Below are positions 52,801-62,564 of a stretch of DNA of 64,000 nt, in pieces. Below the pieces are notes generated by a model. The model searched no databases and was not told the DNA's origin. It worked only from the letters and a program-made list of their open reading frames with translations. A program made the translations under genes and the position numbers. Numbering within the stretch: position 1 is the stretch's first letter; each line of letters opens with the position of its first letter. The stretch comes from Eledone cirrhosa (Eukaryota), in the NCBI GenBank assembly GCA_964016885.1, contig OZ024760.1, positions 32,674,001 through 32,738,000 on the forward strand. The letters are read 5' to 3'.

Positions 52801-54400
52801 TCACCCAGTCCACCATGTACAGTGGTTGTGTAGGTCTCAAGACAGAAAGCACCCAGTCCACCCTGTACAGTGGTTGTGTAGGTCTCAAGACAGAAAGCAA
52901 TCAGTCCACACTGTACAGTCGTTGTGTAGGTCTCAAGACAGAAATCACCCACTCCACCCTGTACAGTGGTTGTGTAGGTCTCAAGACAGAAAGCACCCAG
53001 TCCACCCTGTACAGTGGTTGTGTAAGTTTCAAGACAGAAAGCACCCAGTCCACAGTGTACAGTGGTTGTGTATGTCTCTAGACAGAAAGCACCCAGTCCA
53101 TCCTCTACAGTGGTTGTGTAGGTCTCAAGACAGAAAGCACACAGTCCACCTTGTACAGTGGTTGTGTAGGTCTCAAGACAGAAAGTGCCCAGTCCACCCT
53201 TTACAGTGGTTGTGTAGGTCTCAAGACAGAAAGCACCCAGTCCACCCTGTACAGTGGTTGTGTAGGTCTCAAGACAGAAAGTGCCCAGTCCACCCTGTAC
53301 AGTGGTTGTGTAGGTCTCAAGACAGAAAGCACCCAGTCCACCCTGTACAGTGGTTGTGTAGGTCTCAAGACAGAAATCACCCAGTCCACCCTGTACAGTG
53401 GTTGTGTAGGTCTCAAGACAGAAAGCACCCAGTCCACCCTGTACAGTGGTTGTGTAGGTCTCAAGACAGAAAGTGCCCAGTTCACCCTGTACAGTGGTTG
53501 TGTAGGTCTCAAGACAGAAATCACCCAGTCCACCCTGTACAGTGGTTGTGTAGGTCTCAAGACAGAAAGCACCCAGTCCACCCTGTACAGTGTTTGTGTA
53601 GGTCTCAAGACAGAAAGAACCCAGTCCACACTGTACAGTGGTTGTATAGGTCTCAAGATAGAAAGCACCCAGTCCAGCCTGTACAATGGTTGTATAGGTC
53701 TCAAGACAGAAAGTGCCCAGCCCACCCTGTACAGTGGTTGTGTAGGTCTCAAGACAGAAAGCACCCAGTCCACCCTGTACAGTGGTTGTGTAGGTCTCAA
53801 GACAGAAAGTGCCCAGTCCACCCTGTACAGTGGTTGTGTAGGTCTCAAGACAGAAATCACCCAGTCCACCCTGTACAGTGTTTGTGTAGGTCTCAAGACA
53901 GAAAGAACCCAGTCCACACTGTACAGTGGTTGTGTAGGTCTCAAGACAGAAAGCACACAGTCCACCCTGTACAGTGGTTGTGTAGGTCTCAAGACAGAAA
54001 GTGCCCAGTCCACCCTGTACAGTGGTTGTGTAGGTCTCAAGACAGAAAGCACCCAGTCCACCCTGTACAGTGGTTGTGTAGGTCTCAAGACAGAAAGCAC
54101 CCAATCCACCCTGTACAGTAGTTGTGTAGGTCTCAAGACAGAAAGAACCCAGTCCACACTGAACAGTGGTTGTGTAGGTCTCAAGACAGAATGCACCCAG
54201 TCCACCCTGTACAGTGGTCGTGTAGGTCTCAAGACAGAAAGCACCCAGTCCACCCTGTACAGTGGTTGTGTAGGTCTCGAGACAGAAAGTGCCCAGTCCA
54301 CCCTGTACAGTGGTTGTATAGGTATCAAGACATAAAGCACCCAGTCCACCATGTACAGTGGTTGTGTAGGTCTCAAGACAGAAAGCACCCAGTCCACCTT
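46831..54400. repeat. Tandem duplication of an ~80-monomer (3837 bp) unit with internal monomer indels
   Basis: Markers at offset 3837: TCCCCACCGTAAA 46911/50748, CAGTATAC ~47106/50943, 47-bp GAAACACACAG 47331/51168. The offset drops to 3741 in the middle (48392/52133) and returns to 3837 (50285/54122). Confidence 0.9.
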
Positions 54401-57400
54401 GTACAGTGGTTGTGTAGGTCTCAAAACAGAAAGCACCCAGTCCACCCTGTACAGTGGTTGTGTAGGTCTCAAGTCAGAAAGCACCCAGTCCACCCTCTAC
54501 AGTGGTTGTGTAGGTCTCAAGTCAGAAAGCACCCAGTCCACCCTGTACAGTGGTTGAGTAGGTCTCAAGACAGAAAGCACACAGTCCACTCTGTACAGTG
54601 GTTGTGTAGGTCAAGACAGAGAGCACCCAGTCCAAACTGTATAGTGGTTGTGTAGGTCTCAAGACAGAAAGCACCCAGTCCACCCTGTACAGTGGTTGTG
54701 TAGGCCTCAAGTCAGAAAGCACCTAGTCCACCATGTACAGTGGTTGTGTAGGTCTCAAGACAGAAATCCCCCAGTCCACCATGTACAGTGATTGTGTAGA
54801 TCTCAAGACAGAAAGCACCCAGTCCACACTGTACAGTGGTTGTGTAGGTCTCAAGACAGAAAGCAATCAGTCCACACTGTACAGTCGTTGTGTAGGTCTC
54901 AAGACAGAAATCACCCAGTCCACCCTGTACAGTGGTTGTGTAGGTCTCAAGACAGAAAGCACCCAGTCCACCCTGTACAGTGGTTGTGTAAGTTTCAAGA
55001 CAGAAAGCACCCAGTCCACAGTGTACAGTGGTTGTGTATGTCTCTAGACAGAAAGCACCCAGTCCATCCTCTACAGTGGTTGTGTAGGTCTCAAGACAGA
55101 AAGCACCCAGTCCACCTTGTACAGTGGTTGTGTAGGTCTCAAGACAGAAAGTGCCCAGTCCACCCTTTACAGTGGTTGTGTAGGTCTCAAGACAGAAAGC
55201 ACCCAGTCCACCCTGTACAGTGGTTGTGTAGGTCTCAAGACAGAAAGTGCCCAGTCCACCCTGTACAGTGGTTGTGTAGGTCTCAAGACAGAAAGCACCC
55301 AGTCCACCCTGTACAGTGGTTGTGTAGGTCTCAAGACAGAAATCACCCAGTCCACCCTGTACAGTGGTTGTGTAGGTCTCAAGACAGAAAGCACCCAGTC
55401 CACCCTGTACAGTGGTTGTGTAGGTCTCAAGACAGAAAGTGCCCAGTTCACCCTGTACAGTGGTTGTGTAGGTCTCAAGACAGAAATCACCCAGTCCACC
55501 CTGTACAGTGGTTGTGTAGGTCTCAAGACAGAAAGCACCCAGTCCACCCTGTACAGTGTTTGTGTAGGTCTCAAGACAGAAAGAACCCAGTCCACACTGT
55601 ACAGTGGTTGTATAGGTCTCAAGACAGAAAGCACCCAGTCCAGCCTGTACAATGGTTGTATAGGTCTCAAGACAGAAAGTGCCCAGCCCACCCTGTACAG
55701 TGGTTGTGTAGGTCTCAAGACAGAAAGCACCCAGTCCACCCTGTACAGTGGTTCTGTAGGTCTCAAGACAGAAAGTGCCCAGTCCACCCTGTACAGTGGT
55801 TGTGTAGGTCTCAAGACAGAAATCACCCAGTCCACCCTGTACAGTGGTTGTGTAGGTCTCAAGACAGAAAGAACCCAGTCCACACTGTACAGTGGTTGTG
55901 TAGGTCTCAAGACAGAAAGCACACAGTCCACCCTGTACAGTGGTTGTGTAGGTCTCAAGACAGAAAGTGCCCATTCCACCCTGTACAGTGGTTGTGTAGG
56001 TCTCAAGACAGAAAGCACCCAGTCCACCCTGTACAGTGGTTGTGTAGGTCTCAAGACAGAAAGCACCCAGTCCACCCTGTACAGTAGTTGTGTAGGTCTC
56101 AAGACAGAAAGCACCCAGTCCACCCTGTACAGTGGTTGTGTAGGTCTCAAGACAGAAAGCACCCGGTCCACACTGTACAGTGGTTGTGTAGGTCTCAAGA
56201 CAGAAAGCACCCGGTCCACACTGTACAGTGGTTGTGTAGGTCTCAAGACAGAAAGTGCCAAGTCCACCCTGTACAGTGGTTGTGTAGGTATCAAGACATA
56301 AAGCACCCAGTCCACCATGTACAGTGGTTGTGTAGGTCTCAAGACAGAAAGCACCCAGTCCACCTTGTACAGTGGTTGTGTAGGTCTCAAAACAGAAAGC
56401 ACCCAGTCCACCCTGTACAGTGGTTGTGTAGGTCTCAAGACAGAAAGCACCCAGTCCACACTGTACAGTGGTTGTGTAGGTCTCAAGACAGAAATCACCC
56501 AGTCCACCATGTACAGTGGTTGTGTAGGTCTCAAGACAGAAAGCACCCAGTCCACCCTGTACAGTGGTTGTGTAGGTCTCAAGACAGAAAGCACCCAGTC
56601 CACACTGTACAGTGGTTGTGTAGGTCTCAAGACAGAAAGCACCCAGTCCACACTGTACAGTGGTTGTGTAGGTCTCAAGACAGAATGCACCCAGTCCACC
56701 CTGTACAGTGGTTGTGTAGGTCTCAAGACAGAAATCACCCAGTCCACCCTGTCCAGTGGTTGTGTAGGTCTCAAGACAGAAATCACCCAGTCCACCCTGT
56801 CCAGTGGTTGTGTAGGTCTCAAGACAGAAAGAACCCAGTCCACCCTGTACAGTGGTTGTGTAGGTCTCAAGACAGAAAGCACCCGGTCCACACTGTACAG
56901 TGGTTGTGTAGGTCTCAACACAGAAAGCACCCGGTCCACACTGTACAGTGGTTGTGTAGGTCTCAAGACAGAAAGCACCCGGTCCACACTGTACAGTGGT
57001 TGTGTAGGTCTCAAGACAGAAAGCACCCAGTCCTCCCTGTACAGTGGTTGTGTAGGTCTCAAGACAGAAAACACCCGGTCCACACTGTACAGTGGTTGTG
57101 TAGGTCTCAAGACAGAAAGCACCCGGTCCACACTGTACAGTGGTTGTGTAGGTCTCAAGACAGAAAGCACCCAGTCCTCCCTGTACAGTGGTTGTGTAGG
57201 TCTCAAGACAGAAAGCACCCAGTCCACCCTGTACAGTGGTTGTGTAGGTCTCAAGACAGAAAGCACCCGGTCCACACTGTACAGTGGTTGTGTAGGTCTC
57301 AAGACAGAACGTGCCCAGTCCAACTTGTACAGTGGTAGTGTAGGACTCAAGACAGAAAGCACCCAGTCCATCCTGTACAGTGGTTGTGTAGGTCTCAAGA

Positions 57401-60400
57401 CAGAAAGCACCCGGTCCACACTGTACAGTGGTTGTGTAGGTCTCAAGACAGAAAGCACCCAGTCCTCCCTGTACAGTGGTTGTGTAGGTCTCAAGACAGA
57501 AAGCACCCAGTCCACCCTGTACAGTGGTTGTGTAGGTCTCAAGACAGAAAGTACCCGGTCCACACTGTACAGTGGTTGTGTAGGTCTCAAGACAGAACGT
57601 GCCCAGTCCAACTTGTACAGTGGTAGTGTAGGTCTCAAGACAGAAAGCACCCAGTCCACCCTGTACAGTGGTTGTGTAGGTCTCAAGACAGAAAGCACCC
57701 CGTGCACACTGTACAGTGGTTGTGTAGGTCTCAAGACAGAAAGCACCCAGTCCACCCTGTACAGTGGTTGTGTAGGTCTCAAGACAGAAAGCACCCGGTC
57801 CACACTGTACAGTGGTTGTGTAGGTCTCAAGACAGAAAGCACCCAGTCCACCCTGTACAGTGGTTGTGTAGGTCTCAAGACAGAAAGCACCCAGTCCACC
57901 CTGTACAGTGGTTGTGTAGGTCTCAAGACAGAAAGAACCCAGTCCACCCTGTACAGTGGTTGTGTAGGTCTCAAGACAGAAAACACCCAGTCCACACTGT
58001 ACAGTGGTTGTGTAGGTCTCAAGACAGAAAGCACCCAGTCCACCCTGTAGAGTGGTTGTGTAGGTCTCAAGACAGAAAGAACCCAGTCCACACCGTAAAG
58101 TGGTTGTGTAGGTCTCAAGACAGAAAGCACCCAGTCCACACTGTACAGTGGTTGTGTAGGTCTCAAGATAGAAAGCACCCAGTCCACCCTGTACAGTGGT
58201 TGTGTAGGTCTCAAGACAGAAAGTGCCCAGTCCACCCTGTACAGTGGTTGTGTAGGTCTCAAGACAGAAATCACCCAGTCCACCCTGTACAGTGGTCGTG
58301 TAGGTCTCAAGACAGAAAGCACCCAGTCCACCCTGTACAGTGGCTGTGTAGGTCTCAAGACAGAAAGCATGCAGTCCACCATGAACATTGGTTGTGTAGG
58401 TCTCAAGACAGAAAGCACCCAGTCCACCCTGTACAGTGGTTGTGTAGGTCTCGAGACAGAAAGTGCCCAGTCCACCCTGTACAGTGGTTGTATAGGTATC
58501 AAGACATAAAGCACCCAGTCCACCATGTACAGTGGTTGTGTAGGTCTCAAGACAGAAAGCACCCAGTCCACCTTGTACAGTGGTTGTGTAGGTCTCAAAA
58601 CAGAAAGCACCCAGTCCACCCTGTACAGTGGTTGTGTAGGTCTCAAGTCAGAAAGCACCCAGTCCACCCTCTACAGTGGTTGTGTAGGTCTCAAGTCAGA
58701 AAGCATCCAGTCCACCCTGTACAGTGGTTGAGTAGGTCTCAAGACAGAAAGCACACAGTCCACTCTGTACAGTGGTTGTGTAGGTCAAGACAGAGAGCAC
58801 CCAGTCCAAACTGTATAGTGGTTGTGTAGGTCTCAAGACAGAAAGCACCCAGTCCACCCTGTACAGTGGTTGTGTAGGCCTCAAGTCAGAAAGCACCTAG
58901 TCCACCATGTACAGTGGTTGTGTAGGTCTCAAGACAGAAATCCCCCAGTCCACCATGTACAGTGATTGTGTAGATCTCAAGACAGAAAGCACCCAGTCCA
59001 CACTGTACAGTGGTTGTGTAGGTCTCAAGACAGAAAGCAATCAGTCCACACTGTACAGTCGTTGTGTAGGTCTCAAGACAGAAATCACCCAGTCCACCCT
59101 GTACAGTGGTTGTGTAGGTCTCAAGACAGAAAGCACCCAGTCCACCCTGTACAGTGGTTGTGTAAGTTTCAAGACAGAAAGCACCCAGTCCACAGTGTAC
59201 AGTGGTTGTGTATGTCTCTAGACAGAAAGCACCCAGTCCATCCTCTACAGTGGTTGTGTAGGTCTCAAGACAGAAAGCACCCAGTCCACCTTGTACAGTG
59301 GTTGTGTAGGTCTCAAGACAGAAAGTGCCCAGTCCACCCTTTACAGTGGTTGTGTAGGTCTCAAGACAGAAAGCACCCAGTCCACCCTGTACAGTGGTTG
59401 TGTAGGTCTCAAGACAGAAAGTGCCCAGTCCACCCTGTACAGTGGTTGTGTAGGTCTCAAGACAGAAAGCACCCAGTCCACCCTGTACAGTGGTTGTGTA
59501 GGTCTCAAGACAGAAATCACCCAGTCCACCCTGTACAGTGGTTGTGTAGGTCTCAAGACAGAAAGCACCCAGTCCACCCTGTACAGTGGTTGTGTAGGTC
59601 TCAAGACAGAAAGTGCCCAGTTCACCCTGTACAGTGGTTGTGTAGGTCTCAAGACAGAAATCACCCAGTCCACCCTGTACAGTGGTTGTGTAGGTCTCAA
59701 GACAGAAAGCACCCAGTCCACCCTGTACAGTGTTTGTGTAGGTCTCAAGACAGAAAGAACCCAGTCCACACTGTACAGTGGTTGTATAGGTCTCAAGACA
59801 GAAAGCACCCAGTCCAGCCTGTACAATGGTTGTATAGGTCTCAAGACAGAAAGTGCCCAGCCCACCCTGTACAGTGGTTGTGTAGGTCTCAAGACAGAAA
59901 GCACCCAGTCCACCCTGTACAGTGGTTGTGTAGGTCTCAAGACAGAAAGTGCCCAGTCCACCCTGTACAGTGGTTGTGTAGGTCTCAAGACAGAAATCAC
60001 CCAGTCCACCCTGTACAGTGGTTGTGTAGGTCTCAAGACAGAAAGAACCCAGTCCACACTGTACAGTGGTTGTGTAGGTCTCAAGACAGAAAGCACACAG
60101 TCCACCCTGTACAGTGGTTGTGTAGGTCTCAAGACAGAAAGTGCCCAGTCCACCCTGTACAGTGGTTGTGTAGGTCTCAAGACAGAAAGCACCCAGTCCA
60201 CCCTGTACAGTGGTTGTGTAGGTCTCAAGACAGAAAGCACCCAGTCCACCCTGTACAGTAGTTGTGTAGGTCTCAAGACAGAAAGCACCCAGTCCACCCT
60301 GTACAGTGGTTGTGTAGGTCTCAAGACAGAAAGCACCCGGTCCACACTGTACAGTGGTTGTGTAGGTCTCAAGACAGAAAGCACCCGGTCCACACTGTAC

Positions 60401-62564
60401 AGTGGTTGTGTAGGTCTCAAGACAGAAAGTGCCAAGTCCACCCTGTACAGTGGTTGTGTAGGTATCAAGACATAAAGCACCCAGTCCACCATGTACAGTG
60501 GTTGTGTAGGTCTCAAGACAGAAAGCACCCAGTCCACCTTGTACAGTGGTTGTGTAGGTCTCAAAACAGAAAGCACCCAGTCCACCCTGTACAGTGGTTG
60601 TGTAGGTCTCAAGACAGAAAGCACCCAGTCCACACTGTACAGTGGTTGTGTAGGTCTCAAGACAGAAATCACCCAGTCCACCATGTACAGTGGTTGTGTA
60701 GGTCTCAAGACAGAAAGCACCCAGTCCACCCTGTACAGTGGTTGTGTAGGTCTCAAGACAGAAAGCACCCAGTCCACACTGTACAGTGGTTGTGTAGGTC
60801 TCAAGACAGAAAGCACCCAGTCCACACTGTACAGTGGTTGTGTAGGTCTCAAGACAGAAAGCACCCAGTCCACCCTGTACAGTGGTTGTGTAGGTCTCAA
60901 GACAGAAATCACCCAGTCCACCCTGTCCAGTGGTTGTGTAGGTCTCAAGACAGAAAGAACCCAGTCCACCCTGTCCAGTGGTTGTGTAGGTCTCAAGACA
61001 GAAAGAACCCAGTCCACCCTGTACAGTGGTTGTGTAGGTCTCAAGACAGAAAGCACCCGGTCCACACTGTACAGTGGTTGTGTAGGTCTCAACACAGAAA
61101 GCACCCGGTCCACACTGTACAGTGGTTGTGTAGGTCTCAAGACAGAAAGCACCCGGTCCACACTGTACAGTGGTTGTGTAGGTCTCAAGACAGAAAGCAC
61201 CCAGTCCTCCCTGTACAGTGGTTGTGTAGGTCTCAAGACAGAAAACACCCGGTCCACACTGTACAGTGGTTGTGTAGGTCTCAAGACAGAAAGCACCCGG
61301 TCCACACTGTACAGTGGTTGTGTAGGTCTCAAGACAGAAAGCACCCAGTCCTCCCTGTACAGTGGTTGTGTAGGTCTCAAGACAGAAAGCACCCAGTCCA
61401 CCCTGTACAGTGGTTGTGTAGGTCTCAAGACAGAAAGCACCCGGTCCACACTGTACAGTGGTTGTGTAGGTCTCAAGACAGAACGTGCCCAGTCCAACTT
61501 GTACAGTGGTAGTGTAGGTCTCAAGACAGAAAGCACCCAGTCCATCCTGTACAGTGGTTGTGTAGGTCTCAAGACAGAAAGCACCCGGTCCACACTGTAC
61601 AGTGGTTGTGTAGGTCTCAAGACAGAAAGCACCCAGTCCTCCCTGTACAGTGGTTGTGTAGGTCTCAAGACAGAAAGCACCCAGTCCACCCTGTACAGTG
61701 GTTGTGTAGGTCTCAAGACAGAAAGCACCCGGTCCACACTGTACAGTGGTTGTGTAGGTCTCAAGACAGAACGTGCCCAGTCCAACTTGTACAGTGGTAG
61801 TGTAGGTCTCAAGACAGAAAGCACCCAGTCCACCCTGTACAGTGGTTGTGTAGGTCTCAAGACAGAAAGCACCCCGTGCACACTGTACAGTGGTTGTGTA
61901 GGTCTCAAGACAGAAAGCACCCAGTCCACCCTGTACAGTGGTTGTGTAGGTCTCAAGACAGAAAGCACCCGGTCCACACTGTACAGTGGTTGTGTAGGTC
62001 TCAAGACAGAAAGCACCCAGTCCACCCTGTACAGTGGTTGTGTAGGTCTCAAGACAGAAAGCACCCAGTCCACCCTGTACAGTGGTTGTGTAGGTCTCAA
62101 GACAGAAAGAACCCAGTCCACCCTGTACAGTGGTTGTGTAGGTCTCAAGACAGAAAACACCCAGTCCACACTGTACAGTGGTTGTGTAGGTCTCAAGACA
62201 GAAAGCACCCAGTCCACCCTGTAGAGTGGTTGTGTAGGTCTCAAGACAGAAAGAACCCAGTCCACACCGTAAAGTGGTTGTGTAGGTCTCAAGACAGAAA
62301 GCACCCAGTCCACACTGTACAGTGGTTGTGTAGGTCTCAAGATAGAAAGCACCCAGTCCACCCTGTACAGTGGTTGTGTAGGTCTCAAGACAGAAAGTGC
62401 CCAGTCCACCCTGTACAGTGGTTGTGTAGGTCTCAAGACAGAAATCACCCAGTCCACCCTGTACAGTGGTCGTGTAGGTCTCAAGACAGAAAGCACCCAG
62501 TCCACCCTGTACAGTGGCTGTGTAGGTCTCAAGACAGAAAGCATGCAGTCCACCATGAACATTG
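54217..62564. repeat. Tandem duplication of an 87-monomer (4174 bp) unit: ~54217-58390 and ~58391-62564
   Basis: A constant offset of 4174 holds across the ORF pairs 54733/58907, 54792/58966, 56088/60262, 57384/61558 and 57672/61846. Markers agree (TCGA 54277/58451, CATGCAG 58368/62542). Only a handful of single-site differences were visible. Confidence 0.94.
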
